Part shown: positions 18,326 through 27,170 of the stretch, in pieces
How the letters are laid out: each line of letters starts with the position of its first letter
How positions within the stretch are numbered: position 1 is the stretch's first letter
NCBI GenBank assembly: GCA_038227875.1
Contig: JBBRPR010000029.1
Span: 1-64,000 of the forward strand
DNA: 64,000 bases
DNA from: Planctomycetota bacterium
GTDB taxonomy: Bacteria; Planctomycetota; SZUA-567; H5-PLA8
Direction: 5' to 3'
Notes under the pieces: generated by a model
Seen by the model: only the letters and a program-made list of their open reading frames with translations
What the model was told of the DNA's origin: nothing
Databases searched by the model: none
Position numbers and translations under genes: made by a program

Positions 18326-21300
18326 TCACTTCGACTTCGGGTCGGAGTCCGGAGCCGGGGCGGCGGAATCGCTGCTCACGGCGCGCAGGACAACGGCCTT
18401 GTTGCTGGTATTCAAGAAGATCATATCGGAGCGGGCGCCCGCCTTGCCGTGAAGCGTCGCGGCCACGCCGGAGAGCTGGCTGGCCTTGTACGCGGGCCCG
18501 TCGAAGAGACCGGCCGCGGGATCGCAAAAGTAGAAACGGACTTCATCGGGGGTGGCCAACGCGAGGTCTTCCTGTCCGTCCTGATTCAAGTCGGTGGCTA
18601 CGGCACACTGGGCGATGGCCGGCACGTTGAGCGCTTCGCCGACGGGGGTAAACTTACCCGCGGCTTCCTGAAGCAGCTGAACCTGCGACGTCTTGCCGCT
18701 GACGGTGGCAATCACCAGGCGCCCGGGCTTGCCGGCGCCCGCGGAAAGTGCCGTAGCGGCCACAATCATGCGCGCATCGCTGCCGGCGGCGCTGGAGATG
18801 GGTTTGCCCCACGCTCCATTGATGTAAGGAACAAAGTGGAGCGGCAGTTCAGCCAGGGGCGTGACCACCACGAAACCGGGTCCCATGTCTGAGTACCAGG
18901 GGAAAACGTATCCCTTGCCGCCGCCGCCGGGAAGCGGGACGGTGGTGACTTCGCTGAATTTGCGGTCCGGCGAGAGATCCGTGATCGCCAGCGCGTGGCC
19001 GACGCTGAGAAGTACGGCGACGTGGAGTTTCTTTGAGCCGTCGAAGTCGGCGGCGGAGATGGCGACCGGACCGACGCCGATGTTCACTGGTTTGCCCGGC
19101 ACCGGCTGATTGTTGTCGAGGAAGTAAGGCTCAAGGCGGCCCAGCTGCCAATTGGCAGCCAGGATATCGATGCTTTTGTCGCCGTCGAGATCTCCGATCC
19201 AGACGGCCGAGTAGCGCGCGGCGTTGGGCGGTGAGAGGGTCACTGGGGCGGCGAACTGGTTTTCGCCGCGGTTGATGAACTGGCGCAGCAGTCCGTGGCG
19301 GAATTGTCCCGAGGCCGCCACGAGATCGGCGTGGGTGTCGCCGTTCAAATCGCCAGCGCCCAACGCAAGTGTATCTTTCGGGTCGATACTGAGATCCAAT
19401 TCAGGTCCGAATTCGTAGCCAAACTGGCTGGCCAGGGTGAACGATTTGGCGACCGAGAACAACTCGTGCGACTGCCCGTCTTCACTCTTGGCGGTGCCGC
19501 GGATCGCCACGGATACGTTGTAGGTTTCGCCGCGCTTGAGCTTTTCGTAGTCGGAAGGCTGAAGTCTCCAGACGAGGGTGCCGTCCTTGTTCTCCATCCC
19601 CGGCGGCATTTCCTTGACGATGTATTCCTTCTTCCAGCCCTTTGCCTTCTCCTCGACGTCTTCGAGTCCCGCCAGCGCCAGCGAGTACGTCCACGTGGAG
19701 AACGGTTGCACCTGCAGCACGGGTTCGGCCGTGAACTTCACCTTGCTGGCATCCGGGGCAACCCAGGTATTGACCTGAACTAATTCAGTCGGATCCTTGA
19801 TTTTTTCAGGAGGCTTTTTCAGCCCGAACTTGATCAGCAGGGGATCGAGCCGGTGGGACATGAACAGGAATAGTCCAACCGCCGCGAGCGTGCCGAAGAG
19901 GCCGCCGATCACCACCAGCTTTTTCGAGCCGCCTTGCGCTTCCGGGGGCGTGTCGGTGACGACGACAGCCGAGGAGTTCACGGAGGTCTTCGCCGACTTC
20001 ACCGGCGCGACGATGGTCGGAGCGGCGCCCATTACCACCAGACAGTTGTTACACGTGGCCTTGCCTTCGTGTTGGCGGATTTCCGAACCGGGGAAGAAGC
20101 GCAGACACAATTCGCACTGTACCTGGCTCGACAGTCCCGATTCGCCGGAGGCGTGGGAGATCAGCCATTCGTTCAGGCGCTCGGCGCGCGGGCCTTGCGG
20201 CGCGACATCCAGGTAATGCTTGTAGGTGATGGTGGCCTGATCGAGCGAACCGCGCTTCTCGAACGCCTGTCCGAGGAAGTAGAGCGCTTCGGGATAGTCC
20301 GGCCGCGTGACCAGCGAACCTTCGAGTTGCTCGACGGCGTTGTCGTAGGATTTCTGGCGCAGGTAGATGCGTCCCAGCAGCACGCGGGTGCGGTAGTGGG
20401 TCGCATCTTCATTGAGGATGCGGACGGCTTCGCGCAGCGCGGTGTCGGCGTCGCCGTCCTGGAACTTGGTCAACGCGGCTTTGTATTTCTTGTCCGTCTC
20501 GGTGACGATCTGTTCGTCGTCGACGTAGACGTCTTCCGGCGCCATGAAATTGGCCGCGCCCTTGATGTGCTTGACCCAGTCGCGCATTTTCGCGCTGTCG
20601 CGGGCATCGGGCATCAGCTTCAGGAATGTTTCGTAGGCCTCCGACGCTTCGACGTTGCGTTCAATCGCGCGCAAGGCAAAGCCCAGCACATAGAATGCGG
20701 CCGGGTCCTGCGGATCGAGCTGCACTGCCTGCTGGAGTTCGGCGATGGCGAGGTCGTACTTTTCCTGACGAATCAGGACTTTGGCCAGGCCCGTATGCCC
20801 TTCGGCATTGTCCGGTTCCATGACGATGGCCTGTTGGAACACTTCGGCGGCCTTGTCGAAATTGCCTTCAGCAAAAGCATCCATGCCGCGCTCAATCACG
20901 TCCGTGGCGCTGGCGGCCGGGGACGGAGCGGGGGTGCGAGCGGCAACGGGTGGAATCGGACGCAGCGCCGGTGCAGCGGGATTGGATTTCCGGGCCGGAG
21001 CGGCGGCTGCGGCAGCGCCGGAGACGGACGCCGCTGCGGGCAGTGCGGGCGCGGAACTTCTCGCAGGTGGAGTGAGTCCGGCCAGATTCGGACGCGGCGT
21101 TGAGGGCAACACCGTCGCAGTCTTCAATGTGTCAGGGGAACTTTCGATTTCGCCGAGGATCGAAATGGGCGCGGCGGTTTCAGTATTGCCAGCGGCGACT
21201 TCCCAAGCGGCCATCTTCTTGATCTTCGATTTGCCGGGATCAGGCGCGGCGGGCGCGGGCTCCGGTTCCGGTTCGGGTGGCGCCTCTTCGTACTGCGGCA

Positions 21301-22069
21301 GGGAAAACGGCGGCAGTTCGGTCAAATTGTTGTCGCGCATCACCGTGTCGACCCAGCCGCTGATGCGCGCGCCTTCTTCAACGTCCGGTTCGATTTCCAG
21401 GAAGCGGCGATACGCGCACGCAGCTTCGATCTGACGCTGCATGCGCCGCAGCACGAAGCCGAGGTTGTTGTAGGCTTCGGCGTAATTGGGATCGCAGCGG
21501 ATCGATTCGTAGAGGGAGGCGATGGCCTCGTCGTAGCGTTCGAGATCGATCAGCACCATGCCCAGATTATTGTGTCCCAGCGCGAAGCTGGGGTCAGCCT
21601 GGACGCAGGCCTGGTATTCGGCCAGCGCCTGATCGGTCTCCTGGCGGTCGTAATGATCGAGACCCCGGTGAAGAAATTGTTCGGCTGTGGCGCGGTCGCC
21701 CATTGGCGGTGGTGCCGCTGCGGCGACAGGTGCCGCGCGAACGGGCGCCGGCCGGCTCATCGCGGAGTGCTTCACAGCCTGTGCAACGGGCTGCCGGACT
21801 TGCTGAACCTGAACGGCCGGGGCGGCAGGTTTGGGCGCCACGCTCCGCGGAGCTGCTGCGCCATTTTGCTGCACGGGGGCGGGCGCTTCAGACGGGACAG
21901 GAGACTGCGGATCGGGATCGCCGTCTTTTTTCTTCTTGAGAAATCCGACCATCTTCGCCGGATCGATGTTGATTGGCGACGGAGCTTCAGGCTCCGCGGC
22001 AACGGGTGCCGGAGCCGGAGCTTTCTTGCCGGTGAGGAACCCCGCCTGTGGTTTGGGATCGTCGGCCAT
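18326..22069 (-). CDS. TPR + zinc ribbon + TM + FG-GAP repeat protein
   Basis: Three TPR clusters (e.g. NYAEAYNNLG); CELC..CNNC; TM helix; GDLNGDTHADL, GDLDGDKSIDIL, DLNQDGQEDL FG-GAP repeats. Confidence 0.85.
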   Translation of the reverse strand: MADDPKPQAGFLTGKKAPAPAPVAAEPEAPSPINIDPAKMVGFLKKKKDGDPDPQSPVPSEAPAPVQQNGAAAPRSVAPKPAAPAVQVQQVRQPVAQAVKHSAMSRPAPVRAAPVAAAAPPPMGDRATAEQFLHRGLDHYDRQETDQALAEYQACVQADPSFALGHNNLGMVLIDLERYDEAIASLYESIRCDPNYAEAYNNLGFVLRRMQRQIEAACAYRRFLEIEPDVEEGARISGWVDTVMRDNNLTELPPFSLPQYEEAPPEPEPEPAPAAPDPGKSKIKKMAAWEVAAGNTETAAPISILGEIESSPDTLKTATVLPSTPRPNLAGLTPPARSSAPALPAAASVSGAAAAAAPARKSNPAAPALRPIPPVAARTPAPSPAASATDVIERGMDAFAEGNFDKAAEVFQQAIVMEPDNAEGHTGLAKVLIRQEKYDLAIAELQQAVQLDPQDPAAFYVLGFALRAIERNVEASEAYETFLKLMPDARDSAKMRDWVKHIKGAANFMAPEDVYVDDEQIVTETDKKYKAALTKFQDGDADTALREAVRILNEDATHYRTRVLLGRIYLRQKSYDNAVEQLEGSLVTRPDYPEALYFLGQAFEKRGSLDQATITYKHYLDVAPQGPRAERLNEWLISHASGESGLSSQVQCELCLRFFPGSEIRQHEGKATCNNCLVVMGAAPTIVAPVKSAKTSVNSSAVVVTDTPPEAQGGSKKLVVIGGLFGTLAAVGLFLFMSHRLDPLLIKFGLKKPPEKIKDPTELVQVNTWVAPDASKVKFTAEPVLQVQPFSTWTYSLALAGLEDVEEKAKGWKKEYIVKEMPPGMENKDGTLVWRLQPSDYEKLKRGETYNVSVAIRGTAKSEDGQSHELFSVAKSFTLASQFGYEFGPELDLSIDPKDTLALGAGDLNGDTHADLVAASGQFRHGLLRQFINRGENQFAAPVTLSPPNAARYSAVWIGDLDGDKSIDILAANWQLGRLEPYFLDNNQPVPGKPVNIGVGPVAISAADFDGSKKLHVAVLLSVGHALAITDLSPDRKFSEVTTVPLPGGGGKGYVFPWYSDMGPGFVVVTPLAELPLHFVPYINGAWGKPISSAAGSDARMIVAATALSAGAGKPGRLVIATVSGKTSQVQLLQEAAGKFTPVGEALNVPAIAQCAVATDLNQDGQEDLALATPDEVRFYFCDPAAGLFDGPAYKASQLSGVAATLHGKAGARSDMIFLNTSNKAVVLRAVSSDSAAPAPDSDPKSK

Positions 22070-22147
22070 CACTGCTCCGTCAGGGCTCGCGGCCTGCCCT
22101 CGTGGTCAAATAGATTCGGGGCTGCCGTCCCCGCTTTCACCTGTCGC

Positions 22148-23242
22148 TTACGCTGGATTTTCCAGATTGACCGTTTTATTGCATTCTTCCTTACAACGTT
22201 TGATGAATTCGTCCTTTTCAACGGCTTTGATGTAAGCGTCTTCCGGTCCGACGATGTCTTTCTTGACCAGATCGATCAGCGAATCGTTCAGCGATTGCAT
22301 GCCCAGCTTCTTGCCGATCGACATCTGAGAAGGGATCTGGTACGTCTTGCCGTCTCGGATCAGCGACGACATAGCCGAGGTGATCAGTAGAATTTCCAGC
22401 GCCGCGATGCGGCCGCCGCCTTTTTTCTTGAGCAGATTCTGCGCGACGACGCCCTTCAGCGAGCTGGAGAGCATCATGCGGATCTGCCCCTGCCGGTCGG
22501 CGGGGAACTGATCGATCAAGCGGTCGACGGTGCTGGCCGCCGTCGTGGTGTGCAGCGTACCGAAGACCAAATGTCCCGTTTCGGCCGTTTCGATCGCGAT
22601 TTCGATTGTTTCCAAGTCGCGCATTTCGCCGACGAGCACGATGTCCGGTGCTTCGCGCAGCGCCGCGCGGAGCGCGCGTTTGAAACTCGAGGTATGCACG
22701 CCCACTTCGCGCTGATTGATCAGGCAGAGCTTGTTGGGATGGACGAATTCGATCGGGTCTTCAATCGTGATGATGTGGGCTTTGCGCTTGCGGTTGATCA
22801 GGTCGATCATCGCGCAGAGCGTGGTCGATTTTCCCGAACCGGTCGGGCCGGTAACGACGACGAGGCCTTTGGAGAGAAAGCAGAGATCCGTGATCGCTTT
22901 CGAGAGATTCAAATCTTCGACGGTGACAATTTTGTCAGGAATGAGTCGGAAGACGCCGCCCATGCCCATGCGGTTGCGGAAAATGTTGCAACGGAAACGG
23001 CCCGAGCCTTGGAGGGCGTACGCGAAGTCCGTATCGTTGATCTTATCGAACTCTTCCCGGTTGCGTTCAGGCATGATTTCGTAGAAGACCACCTGTGCGT
23101 CTTCGGCCGAAACTTCTCCGAACTCTTCGAGATACGTGATTTCGCCGGAGACTTTAAAGGCAGGCTTGGCGCCCACCGATAGCATCAAATCCGCGGCTTT
23201 GCGTTCCACCATCGCTTGAAAAAGCACGTCAAGCTGAGCCAT
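22148..23242 (-). CDS. pilT: Type IV pilus retraction ATPase PilT
   Basis: GPTGSGKSTT, TIEDPIE, QREVG, ALRAALRE, VGEMRD, TGHLVFGTLHT. Confidence 0.92.
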   Translation of the reverse strand: MAQLDVLFQAMVERKAADLMLSVGAKPAFKVSGEITYLEEFGEVSAEDAQVVFYEIMPERNREEFDKINDTDFAYALQGSGRFRCNIFRNRMGMGGVFRLIPDKIVTVEDLNLSKAITDLCFLSKGLVVVTGPTGSGKSTTLCAMIDLINRKRKAHIITIEDPIEFVHPNKLCLINQREVGVHTSSFKRALRAALREAPDIVLVGEMRDLETIEIAIETAETGHLVFGTLHTTTAASTVDRLIDQFPADRQGQIRMMLSSSLKGVVAQNLLKKKGGGRIAALEILLITSAMSSLIRDGKTYQIPSQMSIGKKLGMQSLNDSLIDLVKKDIVGPEDAYIKAVEKDEFIKRCKEECNKTVNLENPA

Positions 23243-23420
23243 GCGCGTCCGATCCTGCGAAGCCAAACTTACTATTAAGACACGGGACGTGATAGAGCGT
23301 TGCACGAATTGTGCGCGATGTGAGCAATCGGTCAAGGAAAAAGAAGAGGGTAAAGATTAGGGGCTTCCGCGATAATCCTGATATGACACCCGGAATTTCA
23401 TGCAAACACCATGGTGGACG

Positions 23421-25505
23421 CTACTTGTGAGCGTTGACCTGCGCGTAGCGGTAGTACACCTCCAAACACAGTGCACCCATCGCAGTGGTGTAAACTCGCC
23501 CGCCAGAAGGGTCCCACGTCGTAACCGGGTCCCATGAACCGCTCACATCTCCGACGCTGCCATCGTTTGGCACCGAACTCGTGCGCTGATTCGGCAGGAG
23601 TGTTTTCAGCAGCGCCGCGTTCCATTTTTCCCACGATTCGCCGCCGATTTGGAACATGCCCAGCGTGCCGTAGTACCAGTGATAGAAATTTTGAGGCCTG
23701 CCGTTGAAGTCCGACTTGGTGGTCCAGGCTGGCGGTTGAGTCACCAAAAGTTCAGCTTGATGTTCCGTGTCGTGACCGCGTCCCATGAATTGATAGCAGA
23801 CCATCGACACGGCCATCATCGTGTAGCCCTGATGGTAAAAGTATTGTTTAGGTCCGCCGTAACCGGACAGACCGTAATATCCGTCGCGATTTTTCTCAGT
23901 GACGAAGTCCAGATATTTCAGCGCATTCTGAAACGTTTGAGGCGGCACGTTCAGCTTCGCGATCTTCGCGCTCTTCAGTGCCATTACCACCCATCCAACC
24001 ACGGACGTTGACTTGCAGCCGTAGTGGCTCCAGCCACCGTCGGATTCCTGGATCGATGCGAGAAAATTAATGCCGCGTTGCGCCGCGTCACCGAGGCGCT
24101 GATCGTTGGTCATCCCGTACGCTTCTGCCAGTGCGAGCGTGGCGAGCGCTTCGGAATACGTATAGGCCGCGCCTTGCCGGCCCGAAATGAAACTCAAGCC
24201 AAGCTTGTCAGTGGCTCCACCCAGTTTGATGCTGCCGTTGGCCGCCTGGCGGCTGATAATCCAATCGATGCCGCGCTTGACGTTGTCCTTGTACTTGCCG
24301 GCCTTGGGCGTATGTCCTGCGCCGAGAAACGCCAGCACAGCGAGCGGTGCGATGCATTCGTCGTTGGCGAATCCACCGGACTCCGTGTTGCCGCCTTGCA
24401 GCCGGGCGATGTCCCAATGTCCATCGGACGACTGGTGCCGCGCCAGCCAGTTCAGCGCGCGGTCGACGGCCGCTTCGGTGGCCGGCGATCCGCCGTGGCG
24501 TTTGATCAGGAACTCGCGGCCCTTGCCATTTCGCTGGCCGAAGCAACCGCCGCCGCTGCCGGAGTCGGTGCCAAAGCCTGTGCCCGTGCCGCCGCCGAAT
24601 CCGCCGCCTGAACCGCGCGTCGCACCGCCTCCCGCGCCGATCAACGCATCAAAGTCTGCGCCATTGGTGCCACCGCCACCAGCCGCGTCGTCGTCGCCGC
24701 GTAGCGCTTGAAACACATGCGCGTCGGGATTGCCAAACGCACCGTGACTGTCTGTGCCTTCTGGGTTGATGGTTTCAAAGTGGTCGCTCAAGTTTGCCGT
24801 CGCCAGCACGTCGGCGGGAACGGTCACGTCGCACTGAATTTTGGACGTTGGGTCTGTCGGAACGGTTTCGTTCTTCGCCAGCAGCGCTGTGGCATCGGCA
24901 CGGCGTTGTTCTGCGTCCAATTGCAGTTTGGATTCTTTCAGTAACGGAGTGACAACGACGACTGTGTCGTCGGAATTGGGCGGTACGAAGGTCATGGAGA
25001 TCAAGCCGATGAGCATGATGACCAGCACATGAAACGCCGCGGAGACAACCCACCATGGCACGCTGAGCAGCGTCTCACGCAGACTCTTTGCATCGGCCGG
25101 GCGCGCCGTCACCTTGGGCTTGGGGTCGAGAGCGATTTCGGATTTTTCAGAGGTCGTCGCAATCGCCAGAACCGAATCTACTTTTGGCGCGGTTGTGAGT
25201 ACGTCAGGACCCGCTGGAATCGCAACTGGAACTGTGGCCACTGTCGCACTTTTGTCGACGACTGGTGGAACGAATGACACCGTTAGAATCGCGGTTGAAG
25301 AAGAGGACTCGTGCGGCGAAGGCGGGCTGGGTTCAACCGGTGGCGCGAAGCAGGCTGAAACAATCTGCTGATCGACGAGCAGTTGGCAGTCCGCGCAGAC
25401 GCTGATGTGCTCGTCGATCGCGCGCGCATCGATTGCAGACAGCGTCCCACGAACATAGTCCGCGACGCGGGATTCGATGCATTCACAGTCCAGCGCAGCC
25501 AGCAT
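23421..25505 (-). CDS. zf-HC2 anti-sigma-like N-terminus + TM + prenyltransferase/squalene-oxidase-repeat barrel
   Basis: HISVCADC; PWWVVSAAFHVL TM; Gly-rich linker; QW motifs (QSSDGHW, QESDGGW); C-terminal LCLEVYYRY. Confidence 0.85.
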   Translation of the reverse strand: MLAALDCECIESRVADYVRGTLSAIDARAIDEHISVCADCQLLVDQQIVSACFAPPVEPSPPSPHESSSSTAILTVSFVPPVVDKSATVATVPVAIPAGPDVLTTAPKVDSVLAIATTSEKSEIALDPKPKVTARPADAKSLRETLLSVPWWVVSAAFHVLVIMLIGLISMTFVPPNSDDTVVVVTPLLKESKLQLDAEQRRADATALLAKNETVPTDPTSKIQCDVTVPADVLATANLSDHFETINPEGTDSHGAFGNPDAHVFQALRGDDDAAGGGGTNGADFDALIGAGGGATRGSGGGFGGGTGTGFGTDSGSGGGCFGQRNGKGREFLIKRHGGSPATEAAVDRALNWLARHQSSDGHWDIARLQGGNTESGGFANDECIAPLAVLAFLGAGHTPKAGKYKDNVKRGIDWIISRQAANGSIKLGGATDKLGLSFISGRQGAAYTYSEALATLALAEAYGMTNDQRLGDAAQRGINFLASIQESDGGWSHYGCKSTSVVGWVVMALKSAKIAKLNVPPQTFQNALKYLDFVTEKNRDGYYGLSGYGGPKQYFYHQGYTMMAVSMVCYQFMGRGHDTEHQAELLVTQPPAWTTKSDFNGRPQNFYHWYYGTLGMFQIGGESWEKWNAALLKTLLPNQRTSSVPNDGSVGDVSGSWDPVTTWDPSGGRVYTTAMGALCLEVYYRYAQVNAHK

Positions 25506-25529
25506 GGAAGACTCTCAAAGCCAACCCAA

Positions 25530-25557
25530 TAGTCGGAGAGTCCGCCGATTTGTTTCA
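25530..25557 (-). promoter_or_regulatory. Candidate ECF-sigma promoter
   Basis: TGAAAC-16 nt-CGACTA, about 25 nt upstream of ATG 25505. Confidence 0.5.
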
Positions 25558-25625
25558 AGTTTTTTCAAAATTCCGCCCGAACGCGTGGTCAAATCTGACC
25601 GAAGGTTGAACTGCGTTCGGATAAC

Positions 25626-25653
25626 AAAAAAACTCGCCGCAAATTCGGCGAGT
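25626..25653 (-). terminator. Rho-independent terminator after Trm112-like gene
   Basis: ACTCGCCG-6 nt-CGGCGAGT with a U-tract on the minus strand (A-run 25626-25632 on plus). Confidence 0.75.
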
Positions 25654-25679
25654 CGTCGTCCTGCCCCAGTCCTCAGTAC

Positions 25680-25904
25680 TCAGATCTTCTTTTCCGTCGT
25701 CGTCGCTTCTTCGATCAGTAGATTCGGCACGCCGTTTTCCAGGAATCCATAGGTGCGGCCGCACTGTTTGCACTTCAAGCCGGTTGGCGCGTCGGCCTTG
25801 CCCAACAGTTCCAGCTCGCCTTTGGCGAGCACATTCTTGCCGGTTTCCGGGCGCGTGACACACCAGGGGCAGGCGATGACCTTCAGCAAGTCGGTCGAAA
25901 ACAT
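25680..25904 (-). CDS. Trm112-like small zinc-binding protein
   Basis: LLKVIACPWC...LKCKQCGRTY...GVPNLLIEEA. Confidence 0.85.
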   Translation of the reverse strand: MFSTDLLKVIACPWCVTRPETGKNVLAKGELELLGKADAPTGLKCKQCGRTYGFLENGVPNLLIEEATTTEKKI

Positions 25905-25927
25905 CTCACGCACTCCTTCCCGCAGAC

Positions 25928-27013
25928 TTACGAAATTTTGGCCGGGTCAGCCGGTGGCGCCAGGGGCGTGGCCGCGGTTGGACCTGGATGAGCCGCTTCT
26001 CGCGAAAGCAGCCAGGCCAAAAAGCCGGGTGCCTTCGCAATCAGGATGGCGGCCTGCATTACCGTGGCCAACACCCAGCCGTTCTCAATACCGGCGATCA
26101 TCTTGAACAACGGACCGTATACGGCCTGTCCCACTCCAATGCCAGCGAAGGGCGCAAACGAGCAGACAAAATTACAGATCAGCAGCGCGACGAAGAACGG
26201 TCCCATCTCTGCGTTTCCGTTCATGCCCAGGATCAAAATGTAGCCGGTGAGCACGCCGAAAAAGTGGACGATCAGCGACATCAGGAACGCGCGGAAGAGC
26301 ACGCCGGGCCGGTCGCGGAATTTCTGCAGCGAACCGTAGGCGCGGCTCAATGTCGCGCCGAAGGGCAGCACGCGAAGCATGAATTGCATCGGCGTTGAAA
26401 GATAGACGGTTTCCGAAAGGAGCATCATGGTGCCGGTCAGGAGTGCGCCGGGAACGATCAGCAGCCACTTGATCACCCAAGCCGTTTCGTCGTGCGATTG
26501 CAGGCGCTGAAACTGGAGCGCGGCGACGGTGACGGCCAGCGCCAGCAGACCGATCAGGCCCATCAGGCGATCGAGCAGCAGCACGCTGACGGCTTCAACG
26601 CGGTGTTCGCGCGGAGCGACACGCGCGAGATAGATCGCCTTGATGGCGTCGCCACCGACGGCGGTGATCATAAAGGTGTCGAAAAACGCGCCGAGATACG
26701 TCAGGCGCAGAGCTGTCCAGTACGAGAGATGGACCTGCTGCGGTTTGAGCAGGATGCGGAGACGTTGTGCACCGATTGTCAGCTGGACGCTATAGGACAA
26801 GATGGCCGCGATCAGAATCACAGGCGAATTGAAGAGCTTGCGAAGTTCGTCGACACCTTCCTTGGTGACTTTGTATTTCGCGACATAAATGAGCAGCCCG
26901 ACGGCCAGTCCCAGTTTGACGGAAAAGATCAGGGCTTGCTTGAGCTTGTTGGGCGGAGGCGGTTGCACCGGATCCGTCGTTTCAGCAGGTGCGGTGGGAA
27001 CGGTTGAATTCAT
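25928..27013 (-). CDS. Lysylphosphatidylglycerol synthase TM-region (UPF0104) flippase-like protein
   Basis: R..ILL, GAFF..AVGGDAIK, SVLLLDRLMG, P.AGIGV; multiple TM helices. Confidence 0.85.
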   Translation of the reverse strand: MNSTVPTAPAETTDPVQPPPPNKLKQALIFSVKLGLAVGLLIYVAKYKVTKEGVDELRKLFNSPVILIAAILSYSVQLTIGAQRLRILLKPQQVHLSYWTALRLTYLGAFFDTFMITAVGGDAIKAIYLARVAPREHRVEAVSVLLLDRLMGLIGLLALAVTVAALQFQRLQSHDETAWVIKWLLIVPGALLTGTMMLLSETVYLSTPMQFMLRVLPFGATLSRAYGSLQKFRDRPGVLFRAFLMSLIVHFFGVLTGYILILGMNGNAEMGPFFVALLICNFVCSFAPFAGIGVGQAVYGPLFKMIAGIENGWVLATVMQAAILIAKAPGFLAWLLSREAAHPGPTAATPLAPPADPAKIS

Positions 27014-27132
27014 GAAATAAAGCACGGCATCCGGGCGGCAATCGTGAACAACAAATCGAGCCGGAGAGCTTAGCGTACCGGATGTATGGTGTCGAAAACT
27101 TTATCGCAAGATAACGAGCGCTGGAGTTGGAA

Positions 27133-27154
27133 CCTGGGACGAATTCGTCCCAGG
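27133..27154. terminator. Palindromic stem-loop after cox subunit I (possible terminator)
   Basis: Perfect palindrome CCTGGGACG-AATT-CGTCCCAGG 16 nt past the stop; weak U-tract. Confidence 0.45.
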
Positions 27155-27170
27155 GTCCATGGATTTGATT

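Noticed and set aside
23421..25505. Squalene-hopene cyclase / terpene biosynthetic cluster
   Set aside because: No DxDD motif, single barrel with TM and anti-sigma N-terminus, no isoprenoid genes nearby; also no CGEQ thioester motif
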